From positions 22,320,001 to 22,384,000 of the forward strand of contig OZ024759.1 of assembly GCA_964016885.1 (NCBI GenBank): DNA of 64,000 nt. Direction: 5' to 3'. Positions 24,104 through 36,780 of the stretch are shown in pieces. Origin of the DNA: Eledone cirrhosa (taxonomy: Eukaryota). Position 1 is the stretch's first letter. Each line of letters starts with the position of its first letter. The position numbers and the translations under genes were made by a program. The notes under the pieces are model-generated. The model was not told where the DNA came from. It saw nothing but the letters and a program-made list of their open reading frames with translations, and searched no databases.

Positions 24104-24505
24104 TTAAAGTGTGGGCTGGGTGCTTTTTGTTGTGACCCCCTACACCAGGTGAGTCAAACATGTTGCCCGTGGGCCGTATGCAGCACTTTACAAGCACACC
24201 TGGGGTCTGCACAAAGGTTTTTACAGCGCAAGCATGTTTTATCTTAGTAAAATTAGTTGTAATGTGCTCAATTAGTTGTGTGTGGCCCTCGGGGGACCCT
24301 CAATTTGACAAAATGCCTGCTCTAATCAACCACTTTCCAGTGTGGGCATATATACATATTTGATAGTGAAAATAGTTCTACTGTTATATTTATTATTAGC
24401 CTAGTCAAAATTACAATGGAGGCACTATTTTCACTATCTAATTTCAAATTCTCCGTTGTTTGTAAACAAAAGCTGATAAAGCTTTGTATCTGATATATAT
24501 ATATA

Positions 24506-24890
24506 TCATCATCATTTCATTTTATTTTACGTCCACTTTTCCCTGCTTGCAAGAGTGGGACGGGAACTGATTCTGGCTTGATTTCTACAGCTGGATGCCC
24601 TTCCTAACACCAACCTCATTTTCAGTGAGTGCTGGTGCTGTTTTCCTGTGGCGCCTACACGTCCACTTTACAGTGTGGGCTGGGTGCTTTTTTGCCGTGG
24701 CACCTCCACGACCACTTTGCAGTGGAATGATAGAGACCCCAATCCCTATCATCTCATTTCTACAGCTGAGTAAACTGGAGCAACGTGAAATAAAGGGTCT
24801 TGCTCAAGGAAACAACACATCACCCGGTCTGAGAATTAAACTCACAACCTTTCTATTGCAAGGCCAATGCTCTAACCACTAAGCCATGTG

Positions 24891-24892
<2 letters not shown>
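24506..24892 (-). mobile_element. SINE family B full-length copy
   Basis: Same head, core and RTE tail; flanked by (TA)n on both sides. Confidence 0.88.
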
Positions 24893-24972
<80 letters not shown>

Positions 24973-25004
24973 CACACACATATATTTCTATTTCTATTTC
25001 ACAG

Positions 25005-25181
25005 GCTATTCGTTTAATCCAAGCTTGTGTGGATGTGTTAAGTAGCAATGGATGGCTAAGTCCTGCTCTTTCAGCCATGGAACTTACCCAAATGGTCACT
25101 CAGGCAATGTGGAGTAAAGATTCCTACCTCAAGCAGTTACCATATTTCACTAATGATATCATCAACAGATGCCATGAGAAG
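25005..25181 (+). CDS. SNRNP200: SNRNP200 exon 23
   Basis: acag|[22 protein letters not shown]...RCHEK|gtaagt. Confidence 0.97.
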
Positions 25182-25299
25182 GTAAGTTTTTGTTCTTTTT
25201 TTGGGGGGGTGGGGGTGGCATTGATGGGAAGTAGAGGTTTAACTGCTATCCCTTTCTAAAGTTTGTTTCTTTTTCATCTTTTTCATTTTTTTTTTTCCT

Positions 25300-25565
25300 C
25301 CTCCTCTCCTCTTCTTTCACCACCGCCACTGTCGTCACCCGACACCCCACCACTACTGCCATCACATCACTCCACCACCACCACCAGTGCCGTCACCCCC
25401 TGCCACCACTGCCGTCACCCCATCCCCACCACTGCCGTCACCCCACCACTTCCACTGCCATCACCACCACCACTTCTGTCACACCTACACCACCACCGCT
25501 GCCGCCACCCCGCCACCTCCACTGCCGCCACCCCGCCACCACTACCACCACCACCACCACCACTT
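25300..25565. repeat. (CCA/CCG)n low-complexity tract; related (ATC/ACC)n tracts at 25840-26380, 44630-45030, 46740-47015
   Basis: Degenerate trinucleotide repeats. Confidence 0.9.
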
Positions 25566-25670
25566 TACCCCTGTATCAGCACCTCTAATAGAAGGGGAAG
25601 GGGTGGGTGCATGATTTTATTTATTGACCCTTAATCCAATGGTGTGTCTTCTCTTTACATCCCTGTTCAG

Positions 25671-25831
25671 GGTCACGAGACTATATTTGACATCATGGAG
25701 ATGGAAGACGATGAACGCAACGCTCTGCTGCAACTGTCCGACACAGAGATGGCCGGAGTGGCGCGATTCTGTAACAGGTATCCCAATATTGAGTTGACAT
25801 TTGAGGTGCAGGACAAAGAGACCATCAAAAG
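25671..25831 (+). CDS. SNRNP200: SNRNP200 exon 24
   Basis: ttcag|[16 protein letters not shown]...[13 protein letters not shown]...ETIK-AG|gtaaag. Confidence 0.96.
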
Positions 25832-26503
25832 GTAAAGTATCAATGCCATCATCATTATCATCACCATCATTATCATCACCATCTCTATCATCGATACCAT
25901 CAGCACTGCCGCTGTCATCAATATCATCATCACCACCATCATCAATATCATCATCACCACCATCATCAATATCATCATCACCACCATCATCAATATCACC
26001 ACCACCACCACCACCACCATCATCATCATCATTATCATCATTATCACCACCACCACCACCACCACCATCATCATCATCATTATCATCATCATCACCATTA
26101 TCACCACCAGTACCACCACCACCACACATCATTATGATCAATCATCCTTACGGGGTCGATAGATTAAAGTACCAGTAATGCACTGGGATAATTGCTGGCC
26201 TTGTGCCAAAAAGTAGAAACAATGATGATCAATACCATCACCACCACTATCATCAATACCACCACTATCATCATTATCATCAATAACACCACTATCATCA
26301 ATACCACCACTATCATCATTATCATCAATAACACCACCATCAACATTATCATTATCATGATCATCACCATTATCATCAATATATTTCTACATATGCAAGA
26401 ATACATTAATATATACATATACAAGGTCCTCACCCTTGCAAGCAGGGAAGAGCGGACGTAAAATGAAGATGATGATGAAGGATTTATTCATATATATATA
26501 TAT

Positions 26504-26829
26504 GGAGGCACATGGCTTAGTGGTTAGAGCATTGGCCTTGCAATTGAAAGGTTGTGAGTTCAATTCTCAGACCAGGTGATGTGTTGTTTCCTTGAGCAAG
26601 ACACTTTATTTCACATTGCTCCAGTTTACTCAGCTGTAGAAAGGAGATGATAGGGACTGGGGTCCCTATCATTCCACTGCAAAGTGGTCATGGAGGTGCC
26701 ACGGCAAAAACCACCCAGCACTCACTGTAAATGAGGTTGGTGTTAGGAAGGGCATCCAGCTGTAGAAATCAAGCCAGTTCCCGTCCCACTCTTGCAAGCA
26801 GGGAAAAGTGGACATAAAATGATGATGAT
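26504..26829 (+). mobile_element. SINE family B: tRNA head + CORE-like domain + RTE-derived tail
   Basis: A box TGGCTTAGTGG, B box GAGTTCAATTC, TTCCTTGAGCAAGACACTT core, about 26678-26777 matches RTE 3' UTR 4591-4738, (GAT)n tail. Confidence 0.88.
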
Positions 26830-26843
26830 ATATATATATATAT

Positions 26844-27120
26844 ATCATCATCATCATCATCATCATTCCATTTTACGTCCGCTTTTCCCTGCTTGCAAGG
26901 GTGGGACGGGAACTGATGCTGGCTTGATTTCTACAGCTGGATGCCCTTCCTAACACCAACCTCATTTACAGTGAGTGCTGGGTGCTTTTTTGCCGTGGCA
27001 CCTCCACGACCACTTTGCAGTGGAATGATATGGACCTCAGTCCCTATCATCTCATTTCTACAGCTGAGTAAACTGGAGCAATGTGAAATAAAGTGTCTTG
27101 CTCAAGGAAACAACACATCA
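26844..27120 (-). mobile_element. SINE family B copy lacking the head
   Basis: Reverse complement of about 26577-26829. Confidence 0.88.
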
Positions 27121-27323
27121 TATATATATATATATACACACAGATGCAAAAATACATACATATACTAGGATATATTCATATATATATTTAAAGGTTAAAC
27201 AAGGTTCAATGAATAAATCAAAGAATGAGTTTTACAATAGTTGAAGATAGCTCAGTACCTCTGAAATATGTATAATAAAATATACTTGATCATACGAATG
27301 TCTATTTTTGTTAATATTTTGAA

Positions 27324-27368
<45 letters not shown>

Positions 27369-27559
27369 TCATCATCATCATTTAACATTCATTTTCCATA
27401 CTTGTAATGGGTTAGATGGGTTGTCCACGTTGAGAGACATGTCTGGCCAGAATTGGCCACACTATACCTTGCTCAGACATGACTGTAAATTCGGCCAAGA
27501 TTTTTACAGCTGGATGCCCTTACTAACACCAACCACATTTACAGTATGGAACATATATA

Positions 27560-27885
27560 CAGTCCCCCCCCCCCCCCCCCGGTATTCGCTCGGGTTACAT
27601 TCCTAGAGTACCCGCAGAGAGTGAAAAACCGGGAATATTGGACGTGGTCCATAAAAATGCCTATAATCGTCAAAATATAACAAAATATAATTTTAAAAAA
27701 AGGGACCTTCTAATCCGAAGTGACGTCCAAAAGGCCAGCAAATACGGTATATTATTATTAATAATTTAGTGTTAAAAAATATATATTGCCATGAAAAAAG
27801 CCATAAAATTGTGAATATGCAGTGGTTTCCACAAACAATTATTAGTTAGGTTCTAAGGAAAATTCCCTGAATGCCAGGGGTATAA
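27560..27885. mobile_element. Tigger/pogo-like MITE; end fragments also at about 22277-22320 and 20955-20996
   Basis: TA|CAGT..CCC(T)CGGTATTCGC..GGGTTACATTCCTAGAG start; degenerate right end. Confidence 0.55.
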
Positions 27886-28117
27886 ATGCAAGAATATCTA
27901 AGTACAACTCACACCCCGATAAACACAGACACATACGTACACACAGACATGATTTTGTTTCTATTGTACTAACGTTTAAGATGGTGGATTGACAGTATTG
28001 TTAGAGCATATGGCAGTATATGTTTTAACTCTTTACGTTTTGAGTTCAAATCTCGCTGAAGTCAACTTTGCTGTTCTTCTTACTGAGGTCTATAAAATAA
28101 AGTACCTGTAAAATAAT

Positions 28118-28304
28118 TGTTTCTACTTTAGGCACAAGGCCAGCAATTACCCAGTGCATTACTGGTACTTTATATTATCGACCCCGTAAGGATGAAAGGC
28201 AAAGTCAACCTCGGCGAGATTTGAACTTAGATCGTAAAGGGACGTAACTATGCTGGAAAGCATGGCGTTCAACCCTCTACCGATACTGCCAATCCACCAC
28301 CCTG
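28118..28304 (-). mobile_element. SINE family A copy nested antisense inside an older family A copy
   Basis: 20-bp TSD TAAAGTACCTGTAAAATAAT at 28098-28117 and 28305-28324. Confidence 0.9.
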
Positions 28305-28454
28305 TAAAGTACCTGTAAAATAATGGGATCAGTACAGTCAACAAACCCCTCTCACCAAATTTCTGGTCTTGTACTTAAATTAGAAGGAATTATACTCACT
28401 TCATTTGGTTTCTATTGGTGACCTTTTTTTTAAAATTTTATTTCTATTTTACAG

Positions 28455-28536
28455 TGGTTCTACTGTGAACGTACTTGTCACACTTGAGAGAGAAGATGAG
28501 ATAACAGGACCTGTCATTGCTCCATTTTTCCCACAG
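28455..28536 (+). CDS. SNRNP200: SNRNP200 exon 25
   Basis: acag|[28 protein letters not shown]|gtaaga. Confidence 0.96.
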
Positions 28537-28761
28537 GTAAGAATTATCATACATAAAGGACGTCTTCTCCATCATGTTGGCTGGGACCACGAGGTGGACT
28601 GACCCTTAAGTTCTATCTATGGTGATGGTGGCATGTGGATTTTATTATATTGCATAAATAAATATATTCTACATTGCATTTACATTGACTGTAATTGTAA
28701 CATTAAGAAGTTGCTAGTCTACACAACCAGAGATAAGTGAATATTATATATATATATATAT

Positions 28762-28911
28762 AACATGGGTGGAAGTGGTGAGAACAGACCTCAGATCATT
28801 GAAGCTCACGGTGGAGATGACGAAGGACCGTGACGAGTGGAGAGATGCTGTGCTGAATAAGACCCGTCCCACTCTTGCAAGCAGGGAAAAGCGGACGTAA
28901 AATGATGATGA
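28762..28911 (+). mobile_element. Short RTE 3'-end element; similar copies at 48743-48899 (+) and about 120-295 (-)
   Basis: LTVEMTKDRDEWRDAVLNKTR then cttgcaagcagggaaaagcggacgtaaaa(tga)n. Confidence 0.8.
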
Positions 28912-29741
28912 TATAATGAGAGGATATATGTATCATAAGAGAGGAGGAGAAAGAGAGAGAGAGGTGTGATGCAGTATGTTAAATGCTGATAGGCGAAGTG
29001 AGGTGAGCTCGATGCTTGGGGTAGCAGTGTTAAATATTAAAGAGGGGTTAATACTTAATGAATTTATGTGATTATATCTTCTCTGAGGACTCTATACCAC
29101 AGCGGTAACAGCTTACATCTGCGTAAACAACGTTACTTCCTGTGGTATAGTTGAAACATAATGTAAGAAGTAAAATTTTGTTTTAAACGAACTGCAACTC
29201 CCTCATTTATTTATTTTGTTTATATATATATATATATATATAATCTGTGCAGCAACCAAGAATAAATTAATTAATGAAAATAATTCTACTTAACCCATGA
29301 GCATTTAAACTGGCCATATCCAGCTAGAATTCTCTCACCTCTTTCTGTTCAAACCGGCCGCTTATACTGACATTAAGGTATTGTTCTCAAAATAAATAAC
29401 ATCAAAATCTCATAGATTCAATATTATGTGCGATAATTATGTAAGATGAAGCCTTTACTGTGAAAATACAATAGTAAATATAGAGTAATGTAAATGCTGA
29501 AGGGTTAAAGACTCCCAAGTGTATTTTCAACTTCTTTTTTTTATATTTTTGCCTTTGTGAAAAACAGCAAAAAAACAAACCCAAACACTCTAAGTAACCA
29601 ACATTCTGGTGATATATATACATTCAAAATCTGATGATTGAGGAATCAAATATAGATGAATAGATAATCTCCAATAATGGAATTTGCCTCTGAATTGTAA
29701 AACCGCACATAAACTATGTATTATCATCTTTCTCTTTCTAG

Positions 29742-30005
29742 AAACGAGAAGAAGGATGGTGGGTGGTGATTGGTGACTCGAAGACGAATTCATTGTTGTC
29801 GATCAAGCGGCTGACATTACAGCAAAAAGCCAAAGTAAAACTGGACTTTGTAGCTCCAAATGTCGGCCATCATAATTACATTCTGTTCTTCATGAGTGAT
29901 GCCTACATGGGCTGTGACCAAGAGTACAAGTTCTCCATCAACGTCAACAAAGCTGAAGAAGAGGATGATATCAGCAGTGGTGACAATGCTAGTGACATGG
30001 AATAA
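29742..30005 (+). CDS. SNRNP200: SNRNP200 terminal coding exon
   Basis: ctag|[12 protein letters not shown]...[13 protein letters not shown]...SDME then TAA 30003-30005. Confidence 0.97.
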   Translation, partial: KREEGWWVVIGDSKTNSLLSIKRLTLQQKAKVKLDFVAPNVGHHNYILFFMSDAYMGCDQEYKFSINVNKAEEEDDISSGDNASDME

Positions 30006-30252
30006 GTCCAAATAGTGAAATCCTTTGGACCATTGTTTTTTTTTTCCCCCATATGTATGTTGCTTCTTTGTACAGTTTCTACAAACTTCTACAAACATCC
30101 ATATATTTCATCTAATCAATATGGATGATCAATTTATCCATAATATTTTCTGCTCATTAAAATCATGATTCAGTTTTTAATCATTTGTCTTTTTGTTTGT
30201 TTTTTTATTGTTTTTTTTTTTTTTTTTTTTTTTAATCTAAGCTTTCTTTCAT

Positions 30253-30258
30253 AATAAA
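30253..30258 (+). promoter_or_regulatory. Candidate polyadenylation signal of SNRNP200
   Basis: AATAAA about 250 nt after the stop, following a U-rich stretch; alternative ATTAAA at 30156-30161. Confidence 0.5.
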
Positions 30259-30431
30259 ACATAACTTTTCATGTGCAGGACACCGTGTGTGTATGTGTGT
30301 ATATATATCATCATCACTGTTTTATGTCCATTCTTCCACGCTAGCGTGGGTTAAACGGGTTGTCCTGTTGTGGCCAATGTCAGGTCGCCTACACAACCTC
30401 TTTACTGTATGGACTGGGTGCTTTTTTGTTG

Positions 30432-30485
<54 letters not shown>

Positions 30486-30699
30486 CCCACAGGCGAAGGT
30501 CCGTGATGAATTGAGAAAAATATAAACACTTTAAAACAAACAGCTTAAAACTTTACTAAAATAGCAGAGGAAATATTTTTAATTAAATAAATAAATTACT
30601 AAAAGCAGACCAAGAAACACCCTACATATTCGCCATAATCACATTTACAATTTTACAATGAATGGCAAATTCTTTGCTTGGGAAAAATTATTGTTCTGT

Positions 30700-31050
30700 T
30701 TCATGCGGCGGCACACCCTGGGCTCGCTGTAGAGGCCAATCCTGGACCTGCAGGCTCTGGTTACAGTTAGAGCAAGTGTATATATAGTCAGTTGGTGGTT
30801 GGGTCATGGTCAGCTTTCTTCTTTGATGTTTGTTTTCAGCCACCGCCCTTCTGCCCTCCTCAAAGCTGGCTGCAGTTGTTTTAATGAGCGGAGCAGGAAG
30901 GAATATTTGAGATGATCTTGGTATTAGATCACCAAGATGAACCAGATGAGATCTTTCAAAATTCTTTATATCTTTATGGCAGAGTTCTACATTTTCCACA
31001 GTCAGCAGCTGGGTCTTCAAAAGAAGTAAAAGTTATGTTCAAAGATTTAA
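30700..31050 (-). mobile_element. Decayed RTE/BovB-like 3' fragment
   Basis: FEEGRR...RRK...YTCSNCNQS(C)RSRIGL, remnant of the C-terminal zinc finger. Confidence 0.65.
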
Positions 31051-31631
31051 GATTGTGTTTTCGGTTTTTATCTTGTTTCCTCTTTTTCCAAATAGGCTAT
31101 GTAGCCGGTAAACCCTAAAGTGACGCCATACACATAGCTATAGCGTTTCACTAGCCCCTTCCTTCTGTTGTCTATCTGTATATATATTTATGAGTAGCTG
31201 TGTGTGTATGTAACCAAAGTGTAACGTACGTTACGAATAGACAACCAAATGCTTTTAACATGTTTTTTTTATACAATTGATGGTGGAAAAGATTTCAAAT
31301 TGTCTTAACTTGGGCTGCAATTCATGGTGTCTGACACTCTTACCGGTTACATAGCCTCTTCCAAAAGAAAACATGTCTACTCAGTTTGTCTTTAATATCT
31401 AGGTAATGGTCTGCCTACATTACGTGCACCTTTATGAAGTTGGACTGTACCTAGGGTGTGCAGTCCTCAGTTATCTGTAGGACATGACCAGGCCATCTGA
31501 ATTGGGATTCCATAAGAAATGACTCAATCCCACCGATGTTGCATCTCGTGAAGAGATCGGCATTGGAGATTGCTAGAAGAAAGTGCATAACCACAGATAG
31601 ACCGAAGGAAATGCTTGTGGAAGACATCAAG

Positions 31632-31689
<58 letters not shown>

Positions 31690-31949
31690 AATGAAGTAAT
31701 TCTGTCGGAAAAGTCCAGGAAAAAAGAGTGCTCTGTGTAGGTAACAGAGCTTAATAGTTATGTAATAAACAACATAAGGCAATTATTTCATTTACCAGTG
31801 GTTTCTTAAAAGCAAAAAATTTGCTTTCAATCATCAGAAAGAAAAAATCCTGGTGTATTTATTGACGTCGGATTTTAAAAACAAATATATAATCTATATG
31901 AAAGTGAGGCTGGAAAAGGAAGAAGGAAAGGGAGGTTCTTATTTTCACT

Positions 31950-32040
31950 GGCAGCTCGTCTAACAGGTAACTGGTGATGCTCATGAAGGCGTTTGGCTGT
32001 TCCATCGCATCACCCGCAGCTACGCTGCGAGCTTGCCTAA
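31950..32040 (+). mobile_element. Fragment resembling the C-terminus of CRE-clade non-LTR elements
   Basis: VTGDAHEGVWLFHRIT..RSYAAS resembles TGD.RE..FL.QR.S...QRGNAA. Confidence 0.45.
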
Positions 32041-32874
32041 AAAATTATTGGAAAGTTTTCTCAGGGCTCCTCGCAATATCTTTTGCTCTGATAGTGGTTC
32101 GTTTGCCTTTTGTTGTTGTATGTGGTCCTAGATGTATGTAATACACGCTTTGTATGTATTATGTGTTTGTATTTTCGTTCTGTAATTATATTTTTTATAC
32201 AACTGTGAATAAATCAAGTAATTTTGATTCCTCACATTTGTATATTATAGCTCCATAACTTAACTTGTTGAGCTGAGGCCATTTAAAATTCCGTACCTCT
32301 TTCTAGCGGAATAAACGTCCATCTTTGTTTATAGCTCGTGCCTTGGTTTGAACGTGGTCACACCATGGTGAGCTTCGCTGGACATGGACAGGTATATTGT
32401 TTTATATATTATTTTTGCATTTATACTCTTCATAGTATGCGTAGACTATACCTCCGAGGAGTGTGGGGAGTTTCTTGTAGTTTAATCATAATCGGTAGTT
32501 TGTGATTGATTGATTTTAAATTACGGTCTACCGAACGTGAAATAGCACTATCGGCAATTATACTGATTCCATCTAGAATACATATTCCTTTTTGAAATGT
32601 GCTTTGTATATATATACAATACATTGTGATATAAGGTTCTTATCCTCTCTCTCTGTGTATACATATATCTTTGACGATAATTTATTAGTTGTATAAATTT
32701 TACAGTAGAATAACGTTGCAAATATGTTTACCTTAATAACATAACAAATGTGTAAATAACATTAAAAATTGCTCGCAATTCGTTCAGAAGGACATTACAA
32801 ATATAATGTCTAAACCGTGTATAATAACACAATAATATAAATTCTTTGAACAAAAATGATAAAGGAAAGAAGGA

Positions 32875-33347
32875 ACTCTGAACGCCTTGCTTCCCTGGGC
32901 ATGGATACATTGAAGCTCCGACGCTTGGCAACTGACTTGGTAAACACCCACAAAATTGTTAACCATCTTGCCAACAACAACCATGAGTACCTTTTTGATT
33001 TCCATGTGTCTAACACACGTGAACATGTCCACAAGGTTAGAAAACAGCACAGTTCCCATGACTTTCGGAAACATATTTTCACGCTCAGAGTTGCTGAAGC
33101 ATGGAACAAATTACATGCATCAGTTGTTAGCTGTTGAGACACTGCATCCTTTAAAACCTCCATACTTCCTGAGTTCGCCAACACTACACCTAATGTTCCC
33201 CCTCCATACACACATGTATATCATGACTCGTACACTATTCACTTCCCTGACATTTCTATATTATTCTATGTACTATACATACACCTTTGACGAGTTGTAG
33301 TGCACCTGAGCACTTTACACAATAATTTCATTATTATTATTATTATT
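32875..33347 (+). mobile_element. CR1-clade LINE 3' fragment with (ATT)n tail
   Basis: ERLASLGMDTLKLRRLATDLVNTHKI...HVHKVRK...FTLRVAEAWNKL. Confidence 0.85.
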
Positions 33348-33550
33348 AAAAAGGTGGGGGGCAATTCACCACCAAATGCGATAATCGGCCGCACCACACC
33401 TTAGGGGTTAACTGCACACTTCCAGGCAAGCCAATACACACGGGTAATGGCGAGGCTAAGGCCCTGAAATGACAAGGTACCCTCACGGGCACCTAGTAAG
33501 GTGAGGCGCCAGTGAAGACAAGAACTTCGCTGCCAGCGGCCCAACTCCAC

Positions 33551-33809
33551 ATGGAAATCTTTCGTTTTAGGTACGTAAAATAAAACTTTGCGAATATGGC
33601 GTCGAAACCACAGGGACAACGTCTTCATAAACATGGTACTTTGGATTCGACATTATTATCCTTTGTGAGATTTCGCTTCTTCTGAAATACATTTTTGTTT
33701 TTCTGGATTTTTTTTATTTACGTTTTAGGTACGTAAATAAATGAAGGTGTCCCTGTGGTTTCGACTCCATATTCGCAAAGTTTTATTTTACGTACCTAAA
33801 ACCAAAGAT

Positions 33810-33815
<6 letters not shown>
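33551..33815. mobile_element. MITE with about 75-bp terminal inverted repeats
   Basis: 33551-33628 is the near-exact reverse complement of 33741-33815; abuts (TA)n. Confidence 0.8.
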
Positions 33816-33870
<55 letters not shown>

Positions 33871-35926
33871 TGATGTCTTCCGCAAACATATTCATCACTC
33901 TATCTATGCACTATAATATATATTAAAATTATAGAACGAAAATATTTTCTTAAAATAATTTTTAATATTTACAATAGGAAAAAAATTCTATTTATATTTG
34001 ATTATATTTAAATAAAGGAGAGATTCCTTTTTAAAAATGTGATGGGGCGGATTGAGAGAGGCACTGGAATTTTCACATTAATAAATAATTTTGAGTTAAT
34101 TGTAACTAAGGTTTGGTAAGCATGACACGGGCCATGGGTGTCACTTGGACTAGCAGCACTTTCTTTTAAAATCAGATAAGTTATCACCAGAGAATGAAAA
34201 AAAGAAACTTCTTCAGATGTATAATCTGTCTTTGATTATCATGGCTGAGAAACATGATAGTGGCTGGATCATTAACCATTTAGCATTCTCATTACTCTAT
34301 ATTTACTATTATATTTTCACAGAATAAGCATTATCCCACATAATATAGAATCTACGAGATTTTGATATTATTTATTTTGAGAACAATACTTTAATATCGA
34401 TATGAGCAGCTGGTTTGAACAGAAAGAGGTGTGAGAATTCTGGCCAGATAATGTAGACATTATATTTGTAATGTTCTTCTGAACGAATTGCGAGCAATTT
34501 ATAATGTTATTTACGCATTTGTAATATAATTAAAACATATTTGCAATGTTATTCTGTAAATTTATAAAATATAGTGTTGTTATCTATAAAAATGCTAAAA
34601 ACCATTTATATAAATTATTAGAACACCACAAGTAAAGAAATACCATGCTGGGAACTATATGACCACAAAGGCATACCTTATAGTATGATTGTTAATGTTT
34701 GAGCAAGGATGTAATTTCACTGCTTGCCATAGACGTTATTTTCCCTAGCTATGCCTCTGGTCAAACGTATGTTTTCAAGTTTCGGTCTTCTAAATTTATT
34801 TACGAAATTTTGGTCTACGTTGTTTCCACGAGAACATGGGAACCTGTCTCAACCACACAGTCATGTCTGTTTGGTTTATAATACCTAAAATAAATATATA
34901 GAGAGGTGCCTATATATATATAGTAGATAATGAATACAAAGACCAAAATCCAAAGAAGACTCGATAAGGGTTGTATATATTTATTAAAATTTGAGCTCTG
35001 CTGTTTGTGCCATAACAGTCTATAACACAGAGGTTGAAAAAATCATTCTGCCTTTTGGATTTCTGATTGACCACGGACACTGATTAGCATTGTGCTTCTA
35101 TAATCTTTCCCAGGACATATGTGTGTGTGTGTGTAAACACAGGATCTATAAAACATATCTCAACTTCAGACAATTCTCACGATCCAGGTAGGTATATTAA
35201 TATTCATTTTGCATACACACTATGATACAAGCACCCTAGAGCATACTAGTCCCTTTGCCAATGCATTCCTTGGTCGACAAAGAACATCGCCTCGACTATA
35301 TACCCCTAATAGAACCATAGCGGAATGGATAGCTACAAAACATGCACAGAATCGTTATAGGTTAACTTTGCCTTTCATCCTTACGGGGTCGATAAAATAA
35401 AGTACCAGTAATGTACTGGGTAATTGCTGGCCTTGTGCCAAAAGTAGAAACAGTTATATATTATACATCAATCTGTTCGGAACTAGCTATTGAAACGGCA
35501 GGAGCTCAGCCGTCGGGGTCCCGAATCCTTCATATATACATATATATGTTGGTGTTTCTTGGTCTGGTTTAATTAAATTATTTATTTTATTCAAGGTATT
35601 TTTAGTTGGTAGAACGACTAATTTGGTGTCGTCGTGAGGTAAAGAATTTATTCATGTCAGGCCACCTTGCTGCATGTATCAAGACTTATTTCCTTTTGAC
35701 CTTTAACGAAAATGGCCACCACTGTAATTAATTGTTTCTACTTTCGGCACAAGGCCAGCATTAACCCAGTACATTACTGGTACTTTATTTTATCGACCCC
35801 TGTAATTAATATTACACCATATCTACACTTCTATCGCTGATTCCATAGTATTGATGCTGTTAATCTCCCAGGTAGTTGTCCAGTGCTCTACCGACTTCAA
35901 TATTTATGTAGTGTTGTTGTAAATAT

Positions 35927-36085
35927 CAGGGCCGTCTTAACGCACGGGCACGCTGGGCAGTTGTCCGGAGGCCCCATGAAGATAGGGAGCCCATTTGTAT
36001 TTTTATTCCTGTGAGTGGTTGTGTAGGTAGGGGCCCCAGTGCTCTGCTTTACCCGGGGGCCTATAATGCTGTTAAGACGGCCCTG
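35927..36085. mobile_element. hAT-type MITE
   Basis: 15-bp TIR CAGGGCCGTCTTAAC; TSD degraded. Confidence 0.8.
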
Positions 36086-36296
36086 TCTAACATCACTCCT
36101 TCATAGGCTGACCAAGATACTCTCATAGAATGCACTAGCATCACTTCCTATCAGCCTATGGACTTTTTAGCCAAAGTTCGTATATCAACAACAACGGCAC
36201 GTGTGTTTATATATATATAACGAAGGAAGTGTGGTAAGGAACCAGATGAACCATAACGCACAAGAGTACTCGATACTTAGGGTAGTAGAGTGGGTA

Positions 36297-36380
36297 ATAG
36301 GAAAAAGTTTAACCCCGACGGCAGAGCTCAAGCCGTCGAAACGGCTTGAGCTTTGCCGTCGGGGTTAAACATTTTCCTAT
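36297..36380. repeat. 84-bp GC-rich palindrome
   Basis: 40-bp arms with CGAA loop. Confidence 0.9.
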
Positions 36381-36569
36381 ATATAAATATATATAAGGGG
36401 CGGTGGAACTGTATATTCACTACAGCTTGTGTACATGTTAGGTTTATCGCATATCGACGTTTTTTTATATCTTGGTTGGTATTTGATAATAACTAAATTA
36501 ATCACTATAACTAAATTGACCGAATTTGCCCCCCCCCCCCGCCACATACACAAATGGTTCCACCGGTCC

Positions 36570-36623
<54 letters not shown>

Positions 36624-36780
36624 GGTTTAAGGTTCACCACTGTATAGAGCTGGTCTATTCCGTATGGTCAATCGTAATGCAATAATATAGAGAGTACTCA
36701 ACGTAAAGCAGTTCAACCGTCTTTGTTTTTGTAGTTGGTGGTGCTATTACGGAGTTATACATTCACGTATTATATTTCGA

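Noticed and set aside
24362-24438. 15-bp inverted repeat GATAGTGAAAATAGT
   Set aside because: Most likely a small MITE remnant; nothing further supports a function
25263-26461. Pro/His/Asp/Met-rich ORFs, also at 44610-45018 and 46692-47183
   Set aside because: Degenerate trinucleotide repeats in intronic or intergenic DNA
26504-26576. tRNA gene (A and B boxes); also the heads of SINE A copies
   Set aside because: No full cloverleaf or poly-T terminator; continues into SINE body and tail
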